Source of the DNA: Prochlorococcus sp. MIT 0801
GTDB lineage: Bacteria; Cyanobacteriota; Cyanobacteriia; PCC-6307; Cyanobiaceae
DNA length: 32,000 bases
Direction of reading: 5' to 3'
Assembly: GCF_000757865.1 (NCBI RefSeq)
Contig: NZ_CP007754.1
Coordinates: forward strand, 990,001 to 1,022,000
Shown: positions 24,498-32,000 of the stretch, piece by piece
How the letters are laid out: every line of letters begins with the position of its first letter
Position numbering within the stretch: position 1 is the first letter of the stretch
The notes under the pieces: model-generated
What the model was told of the DNA's origin: nothing
The model's input: only the letters and a program-made list of their open reading frames with translations
Database searches by the model: none
Made by a program: the position numbers and the translations under genes

Positions 24498-24728
24498 ATG
24501 AGATGGCCACCGAATGCAGCTTGGACCTCAGCCGTAAAAAGAGAAGGTTATCGACATTTTGAAGTTAAAAGCTATGGAGGCAAAAAAGATGAACGGTGGG
24601 TAGAACTATTTCCAGTTAACAACAACGAAATTCTTATAAGAGTTCCATGGTCGGAATTAAAAACATATTCAAAGTGGACGAGTGGATGGCTTCAGTTGCC
24701 AAAAGATGACGATTGCGATGGCAACTAA
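24498..24728 (+). CDS. conserved hypothetical protein
   Basis: ORF track; ATG start. It ends 27 nt before repeat copy B. Confidence 0.6.
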   Translation: MRWPPNAAWTSAVKREGYRHFEVKSYGGKKDERWVELFPVNNNEILIRVPWSELKTYSKWTSGWLQLPKDDDCDGN

Positions 24729-24755
24729 TCTTTAGAGAAAATAAAAAACAGATAT

Positions 24756-25441
24756 TTAAGTAATTATTCCTACACGGCTGATAGTGGTTTGTTCTTATAT
24801 TTTTTGAACTTCTCAGGACAACCTTCTTTTTATACTGAGCTTTAGAAGGTTGTTTCTTTGAATAAAAAACGTCAGTGCTCCTCCCCAGAAGCCAATCAAC
24901 CGATGACCAGTGCAATTGATTGCCTGACGTACACATATCCTAGATTTTCCTTTTCATCAATAGTTCTGTAGGACCGTACGTCTTAGGCAGGGAAACCGTA
25001 GAAAGAATAAACCTCTTTTAATTAGACATTTAAAAAGGGCCCGAGGGGGCCCTTTTCCTTTACCGATTCTTTGGAAGCTTCTGGATATTGGTGGCCTGGG
25101 GCCAAGTGTCTAGTAGAAAGGCTTTTTTACTCCGTTAGGGCACCTAAACGATGCAGAGGAGGTTCGACTGAATTGACGCACCTAAATCATTGATCCTTGT
25201 CGCATCAGACGAATAGCCCACTTATTCTTTGAGAATGTTGGAGCAGGAACCAGAATTCAGTTCGCTTCTCTTAAATACTCAGGTGGAGTGTCGACCATCA
25301 ATGGTGCCTCTGAGCTCAACAAACGTATCTTTGCTCTATTCGCACCTCAACGCAATCAGCCTTAATGCCCATTGCATTTCCACTACACCTGATCAAAAAT
25401 AGTAAGTTTGGGGTCTAGCTAAGATCTAATCAATAAATCAA
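24756..25441. repeat. 686-bp direct repeat, copy B
   Basis: Same sequence as 14170..14855 (685/686). The GC-clamp hairpin lies at 25037..25052. Confidence 0.95.
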
Positions 25442-25445
25442 AAAC

Positions 25446-25640
25446 ATGAATCAGTCTCCAGAGAAAGAGAAGGGAATGAGCTTTATTAAAAAAGCTGGTA
25501 AATGGGCTCCATTAGTTGGAGGAGCATGGATTGTTCTGAATATTGTTGTTCCATTAGCTCTACTTCGTATTCCTGCAGTCCAAAAATACTTAGTAGTACT
25601 TGAAGACAAGCTCCCATTTGATATTCCAGGTATTGGTTAG
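25446..25640 (+). CDS. hypothetical 64-aa membrane protein
   Basis: ORF track; the ATG lies 4 nt after the end of repeat copy B. Confidence 0.55.
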   Translation: MNQSPEKEKGMSFIKKAGKWAPLVGGAWIVLNIVVPLALLRIPAVQKYLVVLEDKLPFDIPGIG

Positions 25641-25817
25641 ATGGCAACAGAAATTATTTGTTTTTTCTTGCTTGGTATTGCAGCACTGCTTCTAAATGCT
25701 GGACTCGACGCTCAAGTTCTTCCACTCTTTTGGCTAATTCTTCCATTAGTAATCAAATTAAGTTTCGACAATATAACCAGAAAGAAAGCTCTCCTCATCA
25801 ACAAAAAAACGAAATAA
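25641..25817 (+). CDS. 58-aa two-TM peptide
   Basis: Hand-called: MATEIICFFLLGIAALLLNAGLDAQVLPLFWLILPLVIKLSFDNITRKKALLINKKTK. The ATG abuts the preceding TAG. Preferred over ORF-track 25658..25840. Confidence 0.45.
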   Translation: MATEIICFFLLGIAALLLNAGLDAQVLPLFWLILPLVIKLSFDNITRKKALLINKKTK

Positions 25818-25850
25818 GGGCTAAGGTCGTGAAAAATTAGCCGAAAAGCT

Positions 25851-25985
25851 TTGAACGAGTTACAAGCATTGACGCTATCAGGGGCATTAGCTGTATTTGC
25901 TATTACCTGGCTATTTTTTGGTTTTGGAGATGATGATGATGATGGAGGCGGGATGATGAGACCTGTCAGACAAAATGCAGATTAA
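25851..25985 (+). CDS. 44-aa TM protein with a poly-Asp-GGG-MM tail (family member 3, TTG start)
   Basis: Hand-called: (TTG)NELQALTLSGALAVFAITWLFFGFGDDDDDGGGMMRPVRQNAD. Confidence 0.4.
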   Translation: MNELQALTLSGALAVFAITWLFFGFGDDDDDGGGMMRPVRQNAD

Positions 25986-26113
25986 AATCAGTTGCGAATA
26001 GTAAAGAAAAAAGCCTCAACCTAAAGAAGACAATCGTAAAGGTATTTTTACAAGTCCTAAAGCTAATCAACCTTCTGATCAAGCATTAGCCTAAGTAATG
26101 AGAGCATGTGTAT

Positions 26114-26359
26114 ATGAAAAATTTTCTAATCAAATTAGTTTTATTCGTATTCATTGTTTTCTCTGGATTGAATAGTGCTGAGGCAGTAATACAAGGCTGG
26201 GTTCCACCAGAGGATTATGGAGAAGGAGACTCATATGAAATGGGAATGGAAACCGAAGAAGAAGCTGTAGAAATGGAGTCACAAAGTAAAGAGTTGAGTA
26301 TGGAGGATATTTTTGGGGATGAACAAGTTTTTCCTTTTCCACCTGGCCTAGGCAATTAA
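26114..26359 (+). CDS. secreted acidic protein with a C-terminal FPF-x-PG motif (family member 2)
   Basis: Signal peptide ending NSAEAV, a Glu/Met-rich middle, then DIFGDEQVFPFPPGLGN. ATG at 26114 (the ORF track starts at GTG 26108). Confidence 0.6.
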   Translation: MKNFLIKLVLFVFIVFSGLNSAEAVIQGWVPPEDYGEGDSYEMGMETEEEAVEMESQSKELSMEDIFGDEQVFPFPPGLGN

Positions 26360-26429
26360 TCAAAACGCAAACATTCGCTTTAGTAAGGTAGATACAGATA
26401 ACTATCTAACTTTTAAGTTTGTTGAACTA

Positions 26430-26840
26430 ATGGCAGCAATAAAAAAAGACTCAGAGCCTCTAGATAACTTATCCAGTCAAGAGATAGAGGATATTGTCAG
26501 ATCAAACGAAATATTGGATCAAGAAAATGAAAGACTAATCAAAGAAGAAGAAATAGAGGCACAAAGATTCTCAAAGACAAAATCTACAAAAAGATTGCTT
26601 AGACGATTAAGAAGATCTCCACTTGAAGTGATAAATCGATCACTCTTTTTTGTATTCATTGGTAGTTTTATCTTCTCCTTTGTCTCTGTGTACTCAATCA
26701 ACAAGTTGTGGTTTGTTTTTTATGTCATCAGTGCCTTCTCATGTGTTTTATACACTCCAAATAGACAAGCCCTAAAGGAACTAATTGCAGCATGGCCAAA
26801 TATCGAAGATCTTTTAAAAAAAAGAAGTTTATGGAAATAA
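26430..26840 (+). CDS. hypothetical membrane protein (charged N-terminus, two TM helices)
   Basis: ORF track. Confidence 0.6.
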   Translation: MAAIKKDSEPLDNLSSQEIEDIVRSNEILDQENERLIKEEEIEAQRFSKTKSTKRLLRRLRRSPLEVINRSLFFVFIGSFIFSFVSVYSINKLWFVFYVISAFSCVLYTPNRQALKELIAAWPNIEDLLKKRSLWK

Positions 26841-26927
26841 ATTATTTAGACTTATAGACCATTGATGTGAAAATTATTTACTGAGGTAAGTCTCAACTAT
26901 TCTAAATTCAAAATTGATTAAAAGGTA

Positions 26928-27269
26928 ATGGATAAAAAAGGAGCCAAAGGGTACTGGATCTCAACGGCAAAAATTATTAATCAAGAATTATTTGATGAAT
27001 ATGTCGAAAAAGTTGGGCCATGGCTCAAAGAGAATGGTGGGGAGGTATTTGCGAAAGATACAGACCCAAGAGGAAAAGAAAAAACTGAAGATTCAAACCT
27101 TGCAGTCATTTGTGAATTTCCATCTATGCGAATAGCTGTAGATGCTTATGAGTCCAGTGAATATCAAGAACTTTCTAAGCTACGTAAAGCAGCCACCGTG
27201 AATGCAACGTTCACAATTATGGAAGGAATGGACGAGGCAACAAAACTTAGAAGAGCAATGGGAATGTAG
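26928..27269 (+). CDS. DUF1330 domain protein
   Basis: KGYWISTAKI...LAVICEFPSMRIAVDAYESSEYQEL...FTIMEG follows the DUF1330 pattern. Confidence 0.8.
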   Translation: MDKKGAKGYWISTAKIINQELFDEYVEKVGPWLKENGGEVFAKDTDPRGKEKTEDSNLAVICEFPSMRIAVDAYESSEYQELSKLRKAATVNATFTIMEGMDEATKLRRAMGM

Positions 27270-27362
27270 ATAATGGCATCAAACACCTCACTATTCATTT
27301 CATATAAATAAATGAATTGATCAAATAATTAATAGCATTAAAACATTAGGAGGCATATTCTG

Positions 27363-28211
27363 ATGAGTTCACAAAATAGAAGTGACGATCAAGAGCTGGT
27401 CAGCAAAAACCTTGAATTAATTATTAGTTCGAGTAACTACCAATTAGCCCATGAAGATAGAGAGTTGCTCAATAGTGATGAAATGAGAGGAGTGCGAATG
27501 CTACTAGAAATTAATAAACCAGAAAAAATCTTGGATGAGCAAAAGATCTTATCAACAATTATCGTCTTTGGAGGTGCAAGTTTATCTGATAAAAGCTCTA
27601 TAGATCACAGAATTGAACTAGCAAAGAACTCTCTCACGAAAGATCCAAGCTCATCGAATTTAGAGAGAGAATTAACACGACTAAAGAATCTACAATCAAT
27701 CTCTCATTACTACGACTCTGCTAGAGAATTCGCGAAGATTGTCTCCAGACAAAACCAAAAAGAGCATTGCAATTCACATGTAATTGTCACTGGTGGTGGT
27801 CCGGGGATTATGGAGGCTGCCAATCGAGGTGCTTTTGATGCGGACTGTAAATCAATAGGATTAAACATAAGTCTCCCAAACGAGCAACATCCCAATGCAT
27901 ATATCACCCCTGGGCTTTGCTTTAAATTTAATTATTTCGCCTTACGAAAATTTCATTTTGTGATGCGATCAGTTGCAGCTGTCTTTTTCCCTGGGGGATT
28001 TGGAACATTTGATGAACTCTTCGAATTACTCACTCTTCGTCAAACAGGAATGAAAACAGAAATTCCAATTATTCTTTTTGGTCGAGATTATTGGTCGAAA
28101 GTGATCAACTTTCAATTCCTTTCAGATCACGGACTTATCTCAGATGAACACATGAAACTCTTTCAATACGCCGATAGTGCTTCAGAAGCATGGGACATAA
28201 TCAAACAATAG
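27363..28211 (+). CDS. LOG-family (TIGR00730-type) nucleotide phosphoribohydrolase-like protein, long form
   Basis: GGGPGIMEAANRGA and PGGFGTFDELFE motifs. Confidence 0.88.
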   Translation: MSSQNRSDDQELVSKNLELIISSSNYQLAHEDRELLNSDEMRGVRMLLEINKPEKILDEQKILSTIIVFGGASLSDKSSIDHRIELAKNSLTKDPSSSNLERELTRLKNLQSISHYYDSAREFAKIVSRQNQKEHCNSHVIVTGGGPGIMEAANRGAFDADCKSIGLNISLPNEQHPNAYITPGLCFKFNYFALRKFHFVMRSVAAVFFPGGFGTFDELFELLTLRQTGMKTEIPIILFGRDYWSKVINFQFLSDHGLISDEHMKLFQYADSASEAWDIIKQ

Positions 28212-28226
28212 TCCTATCATCAAGAA

Positions 28227-28508
28227 ATGGATTGGAAGACATCACTAGATTGGTATTGCTCAGGTAACATTCTTGAAAAAGAAGATGTCGACCTTTTAGA
28301 GGAACACTATCAAGAGATAATCAATGAAAGCGATTCGAATTTCTCCCCAGAAATAGCTCCAAAACATATTTGTAACCAAACAAATATTCCAGAGGGAAGT
28401 TCTTGGATTACAGCAGTTGCAGTAATACTTGATCGATTAAATCCAGTAAAAACAGGTAAACCAAGAAGTTTATTAGTAGATCAATTAAGAAGAAAGCAAA
28501 GCAGTTAA
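28227..28508 (+). CDS. hypothetical protein, paralog of 31569..31865
   Basis: ORF track; shares IC-x7-8-GS-x2-I-x3-A-x-ILD-x-L-x-P-x-K with the other copy. Confidence 0.55.
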   Translation: MDWKTSLDWYCSGNILEKEDVDLLEEHYQEIINESDSNFSPEIAPKHICNQTNIPEGSSWITAVAVILDRLNPVKTGKPRSLLVDQLRRKQSS

Positions 28509-28895
28509 ACCCTCTTTATACAAAAGAGTTGAACATAAAAGACCCGAAGCCCAACAAAGTCCTCTAGCAGGAGGAATATCGCCAACATATGCACCTATAT
28601 AGATAAACCTCACAATTGGGTGAACCCACGCAGCTATTACGGCCACAGGAGACACAACACCGGCAATCAGACATAGCAAACATGCAGGAGCGTGAAGAGT
28701 GATACTCTCCCAGCAATTTTGATGACACCAGACAGCTCTTTTACCAAAATCAGGAAGTTCATCAAACAAAGCTCTTGGCGCACTCATATTCTCAGCTGAA
28801 TAACCAGCCTTGACTCGGCCATACGTTAGTGGTCCAATTGAAATCAAGACAACAACGGCAGACAGGCATAGGCTCCAAGCAAAAGCTGTTTCCAT
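28485..28895 (-). CDS. MAPEG-family-like membrane protein
   Basis: About 136 aa with 3-4 TM helices. KRAVWCHQNCWESITLHAP resembles the MAPEG R-x3-H-x-N-x2-E region. ATG at 28895. Confidence 0.55.
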   Translation of the reverse strand: METAFAWSLCLSAVVVLISIGPLTYGRVKAGYSAENMSAPRALFDELPDFGKRAVWCHQNCWESITLHAPACLLCLIAGVVSPVAVIAAWVHPIVRFIYIGAYVGDIPPARGLCWASGLLCSTLLYKEGLTALLSS

Positions 28896-29105
28896 GGAAT
28901 TCACAAATATATTTTGAGCCTAAGTGAGGCAGATTCAAATTGCGGTTTAAAAGGTGTGTTGAAGATTGCTTTTAGAACAAGTTGTACAAACCAAGTTTTC
29001 AAAAAGATGATAAAAACACAATATTTAGTTCATAAACTTGTTATTCTCTAGGTGTTATAGAGACTTCAGCTCGACTAAAACATCCATTATTAAAATAATC
29101 CAACC

Positions 29106-29270
29106 ATGGACTGGGATTCTGCAAAACAACATTGCACTGAGCGAAACTGGCAATGGTCATTGGAATTAATCAATCAGGCTCAAAAGGAGATGCAGGATTT
29201 AGAGACGAAGCTAAAAAAATGTGAGGATCAACAGAAAGCTAATCGTTTGTATAACGCCTGTAATTACTAA
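29106..29270 (+). CDS. hypothetical 54-aa protein
   Basis: Hand-called: MDWDSAKQHCTERNWQWSLELINQAQKEMQDLETKLKKCEDQQKANRLYNACNY. Its stop overlaps the next ATG (TAATG). Confidence 0.4.
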   Translation: MDWDSAKQHCTERNWQWSLELINQAQKEMQDLETKLKKCEDQQKANRLYNACNY

Positions 29271-29476
29271 TGGAAGAGATGAGCGCAACAATAGTTCCAT
29301 TGGGTTCACTTGCTTTTTTATTTGCTGTGATATCAGTCCTTGTGTTCCTTAGGAAGGCTAGTATCGCAAGACAAGCTGATGCATCCATAAAAAATAGAAT
29401 AGAAGCAAAAAGAAATGAAAAGTCAGAGACTCTTGAAGAACAAAAAAAACGTTTAGAACTTTTGCTTAAGAAATAA
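29270..29476 (+). CDS. hypothetical single-TM protein with a charged tail
   Basis: ORF track. Preferred over the antisense ORF 29239..29487. Confidence 0.5.
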   Translation: MEEMSATIVPLGSLAFLFAVISVLVFLRKASIARQADASIKNRIEAKRNEKSETLEEQKKRLELLLKK

Positions 29477-29488
29477 AAAGATAACAAT

Positions 29489-29749
29489 TTACAAATTATC
29501 GTCGCTTATTTTGCCAATCCTTTTAATCGGATTAGATCCATCTCTATGATTTGCTGGATCAAATGGGAAATTTGCATCTGGTCCTAAAAGATCATCAATA
29601 CTTTTTGAATCCATTGAACTTTGATCATTTTCAATATGAGCATCCAATGCCATTAAAACCGGCTGTGCTTCAACTGACTTGAAGCAAACACACATCACTA
29701 CAAATAGAGACAGAAATAATCCAACACAAGTTTTTATAACACTTTTCAT
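29489..29749 (-). CDS. secreted protein with an FPF-x-P motif (family member 3)
   Basis: Signal peptide ending SVEAQ, then DDLLGPDANFPFDPANHRDGSNP. Confidence 0.55.
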   Translation of the reverse strand: MKSVIKTCVGLFLSLFVVMCVCFKSVEAQPVLMALDAHIENDQSSMDSKSIDDLLGPDANFPFDPANHRDGSNPIKRIGKISDDNL

Positions 29750-29811
29750 AAAGAAGCAAAAAAATTAACTATTTCATGAAGGAAAGTTTATGTCCTCACG
29801 TCTAATAAAAT

Positions 29812-29973
29812 CCTAGTCTTCAAAAATAAGGCATGCAGGTGAAGAAGGATTTAAAGCACACTCTTTCTCCCAGTAGGAAGCAACCGCTGTCATTCCTCTT
29901 TTAACTGCCTCGTGTTTCATACCGATGTCACCCATAGCATCGTTAGGAACACTAAATGAAGTTTGAAGTTTCA
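29812..29973 (-). CDS. 53-aa protein with a CP12-like C-terminal disulfide loop
   Basis: Hand-called: MKLQTSFSVPNDAMGDIGMKHEAVKRGMTAVASYWEKECALNPSSPACLIFED. C-x2-NP-x4-C-x-I-F-E-D resembles the CP12 C-terminus as I recall it (C-x2-NP-x4-C-x-I-Y-D-D). Confidence 0.45.
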
Positions 29974-30163
29974 TAGTTTCTCTTCAATTAACCATGGTAT
30001 AAACCATCAAGAAGGCCTATGGCAAGGGAATTTATCCTTATCTTTCTTACAATTTTATATAAAGGCACCATTTGTTATGTTGTTAAGAAAAAAATTCAAT
30101 TATTGAAAACTGATGAACTGCTGCAAAAAGAAAAACAACCAAATCAATTAAAGAGTCAAATTA

Positions 30164-30298
30164 ATGACTTCGACAATAATATCAATAATGACATTAGGCA
30201 TCCTCATAACAGGAATTTCTGTTTGGTGGGTCAGAACAACCCTTAAAGAAGGTAATAATGCACTTAAAGAAAGCCAAAAAGAAAATCAAGACAATTAA
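30164..30298 (+). CDS. 44-aa single-TM peptide
   Basis: Hand-called: MTSTIISIMTLGILITGISVWWVRTTLKEGNNALKESQKENQDN. An alternative to ORF-track 30019..30246. Confidence 0.3.
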   Translation: MTSTIISIMTLGILITGISVWWVRTTLKEGNNALKESQKENQDN

Positions 30299-30421
30299 AA
30301 ATCTTTTATAAATTTAGATTGCCAAAAATTTTGAGAAAAAGATTTGAACATTAAGTCCAAAAAAAATTCCTCCACTGTTCAGTGGAGGAGATAACGAAAC
30401 ATTCATCAGACCAACTATCAG

Positions 30422-30709
30422 CTACTTCTTATTAAGAGCAGCCTTAACCTTTGTGGGAGACAACGCATTTAGCTCCTCTTTTAGTTCGTTTTGACGTTCA
30501 TCAAGAACTTTAATACGTGCTTGATAACTCTCTTCTAATCTCTTCCTAGAGGCCTCGATGTTATCGAGTTCCTCTTGACGTTGATTACGCTTTAGCTCTT
30601 CAAGCTGGCTATCAGAAACCACATAAACAGTTCTGGCAGGAGCTATTAAAGAATCAGAGAAAAAAGTGTCGAAGAGTGAAGTGTACATAACTTTTCTTTC
30701 GGAGTACAT
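30422..30709 (-). CDS. hypothetical coiled-coil protein
   Basis: ORF track; heptad-like charged C-terminal half. Confidence 0.55.
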   Translation of the reverse strand: MYSERKVMYTSLFDTFFSDSLIAPARTVYVVSDSQLEELKRNQRQEELDNIEASRKRLEESYQARIKVLDERQNELKEELNALSPTKVKAALNKK

Positions 30710-30866
30710 AACTACTCTGTCTTAAATTAATTTAGTTTGGAATGAGGTGAACCGAAGAAAATTATTCGGTAACTATCACTCACATCGGTTGCTACTACTG
30801 AAAGGTTAGGTATACCGATCACTAAACGTACCCCAAAGACGACTTTCAAAAGAAACAACAAAAATA

Positions 30867-31025
30867 ATGGCTACATATTTGCTCTTACTAGGAATCATTG
30901 TGATCATCATTTCATGGAAATTCTTCAATGACTGGGCGTCTGGTCTGGCAGGATTTATTTACGGAGGCGTCTTATTTTGGGGTATCAAATTATTTATTCA
31001 GCTGATCAAAGCTTTATTTGGATAA
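30867..31025 (+). CDS. 52-aa two-TM peptide
   Basis: Hand-called: MATYLLLLGIIVIIISWKFFNDWASGLAGFIYGGVLFWGIKLFIQLIKALFG. Confidence 0.4.
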   Translation: MATYLLLLGIIVIIISWKFFNDWASGLAGFIYGGVLFWGIKLFIQLIKALFG

Positions 31026-31045
31026 AAACAATGACGCTAATGAAA

Positions 31046-31201
31046 TTAAATGAAACTACTGAAACCATGTCTTAACCCCCAAAAGATAGTTACCAAAATC
31101 GCTGACAAAGGAAGAGCAATGGCAAGTGTGATATTGATTGTCCTAAAAGTCTTACCAACTCCATTACTCGTATCTTTAGAGGGATCTACGATAAGTGGCA
31201 T
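31046..31201 (-). CDS. 51-aa single-TM peptide
   Basis: Hand-called: MPLIVDPSKDTSNGVGKTFRTINITLAIALPLSAILVTIFWGLRHGFSSFI. Confidence 0.3.
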   Translation of the reverse strand: MPLIVDPSKDTSNGVGKTFRTINITLAIALPLSAILVTIFWGLRHGFSSFI

Positions 31202-31280
31202 GGCGAGTACGTATTTTTTTTATTTATAGACGCAAATTCCATTCAATTGGTTAGATTGTCGTAATTATCGAGACAGTCTC

Positions 31281-31496
31281 ATGTATTTATTAGGTCTAGG
31301 ACTATTAGTTTTAAGCACTTGGTATCTGATGAAGCTATACACAAATTTCAACAATGATCCAATAGCAAAGAAAGAAATCGATAACGCATGGCAAGAAGCT
31401 AAGAAGGAAGCAAAAGGTAAAAATCCTTTTGCTCCAGGAAGGATTAAAGAGGCTCTCAATGCATATAAAGCTGATATGAAAAAGGAAGACACCTAA
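31281..31496 (+). CDS. hypothetical single-TM protein with a Lys/Glu-rich tail
   Basis: ORF track. Preferred over the antisense ORF 31265..31492. Confidence 0.5.
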   Translation: MYLLGLGLLVLSTWYLMKLYTNFNNDPIAKKEIDNAWQEAKKEAKGKNPFAPGRIKEALNAYKADMKKEDT

Positions 31497-31568
31497 AAGA
31501 TAGAAAAATCCAAAGAAACGATAATTAGTAGTACATAAAAGCTAAAATATAAATTTATTAATTTCTTA

Positions 31569-31865
31569 GTGACACCCTCTTTGGTTTTAATGGATTATGT
31601 AGACAGAAAGACATTGAATAATGAACAACTATCATATCTCGAACAAGTTTTAAAAGCCTCAATTCAGAAATTGAAATTCACAGGAATCAAACCTGCTATT
31701 GCCAATAATGAAATATGTGATGCAGCTCTCCTTTCCCAGGGTTCATATGAAATAAGTTGTATTGCATCCATACTCGATATGCTTCAGCCAACAAAAAAAC
31801 GCATGGAGCGTAAAACAAAAGTATTCAACGCTTTATGCAATGCAGGGTTAATAGTTACTGATTAA
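31569..31865 (+). CDS. hypothetical protein, paralog of 28227..28508
   Basis: ORF track (GTG at 31569; alternative ATG at 31590). Confidence 0.55.
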   Translation: MTPSLVLMDYVDRKTLNNEQLSYLEQVLKASIQKLKFTGIKPAIANNEICDAALLSQGSYEISCIASILDMLQPTKKRMERKTKVFNALCNAGLIVTD

Positions 31866-32000
31866 ATAAAAGGCGTACCTTAAAAGACAAATTAGGACAA
31901 ATATTTTAAATAACTATGAAAAGCCAGTGAGAGGCATTGAACCTCTCATGCCGCCTAGACGGTCTGGTGAAGTTTTATTTAGCAGCTTCAGGTGCTTTTC

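Noticed and set aside
25658-25840. 60-aa ORF-track ORF (MFFLAWYCSTASKCW...)
   Set aside because: The alternative frame 25641..25817 starts at an ATG abutting the previous stop and encodes a clean two-helix membrane peptide. The track ORF is Ser-rich and featureless.
30019-30246. 75-aa plus-strand ORF
   Set aside because: The sequence is Asn/Lys/Ile-rich and low-complexity. The overlapping frame 30164..30298 gives a typical TM peptide. Neither is strongly supported.
31929-31947. Hairpin GAGAGG-CATTGAA-CCTCTC near the right edge as a possible tRNA T-arm (minus strand, loop TTCAATG) or partial tRNA att remnant
   Set aside because: I could not build an anticodon arm, D arm or matching acceptor stem from the adjacent sequence, and the window ends 53 nt later. 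It may simply be a stem-loop. Re-examine with the flanking sequence and tRNAscan/ARAGORN.
1-32000. CRISPR arrays, rRNA or tRNA genes, prophage structural genes, lanthipeptide (prochlorosin) loci
   Set aside because: I scanned for regularly spaced short direct repeats, cloverleaf-compatible GTTCGAAT-type loops, long ORFs and LanM-size genes, and found none. The largest ORFs are DUF2130 (430 aa) and ArsJ (420 aa).

Overview
AT-rich window (about 30-33% GC by eye). By gene content it looks like a hypervariable genomic island of a high-light-adapted Prochlorococcus; that assignment is inference. Recognisable genes: seven clear hli genes in two clusters plus one degenerate HLIP-like micro-ORF, PTOX, arsR with a divergent GAPDH-like gene and arsJ, pstS, a cyanobacterial AbrB-like regulator, a DUF938 methyltransferase, an MTH1187/YkoF-like protein, DUF1330, a LOG-family protein, a MAPEG-like protein and a DCC-family oxidoreductase. 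The rest is a dense set of very short ORFs, mostly single-TM, several joined by TAATG or ATGA start/stop overlaps. I found no tRNA, rRNA, CRISPR array, integrase or transposase.

Main observations:
1. A 686-bp non-coding, GC-enriched direct repeat (14170..14855 and 24756..25441) with 685/686 identity. It has an internal GC-clamp hairpin, and each copy ends 1-4 nt before the start codon of an unrelated gene. The two copies bracket a 9.9-kb block carrying PTOX, hli, arsR-gap-arsJ and pstS.
2. A near-identical 18-bp palindromic operator-like motif upstream of both pstS and the arsR/gap divergent promoter.
3. A two-gene nuclease-type operon at the left edge: a DUF2130/RmuC-like protein followed by a T5orf172 GIY-YIG-like protein.
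4. Two standalone, degenerate LigA adenylation-domain paralogs.
5. Two unnamed small-protein families, three copies each: secreted acidic proteins ending in an FPF-x-P motif, and TM proteins with a poly-Asp-GGG-M tail.
6. A CP12-like C-terminal loop peptide.
7. HLR1-like repeats upstream of both hli operons.

All calls come from reading and hand-translating the sequence. No database search was possible, so family assignments rest on remembered motifs.
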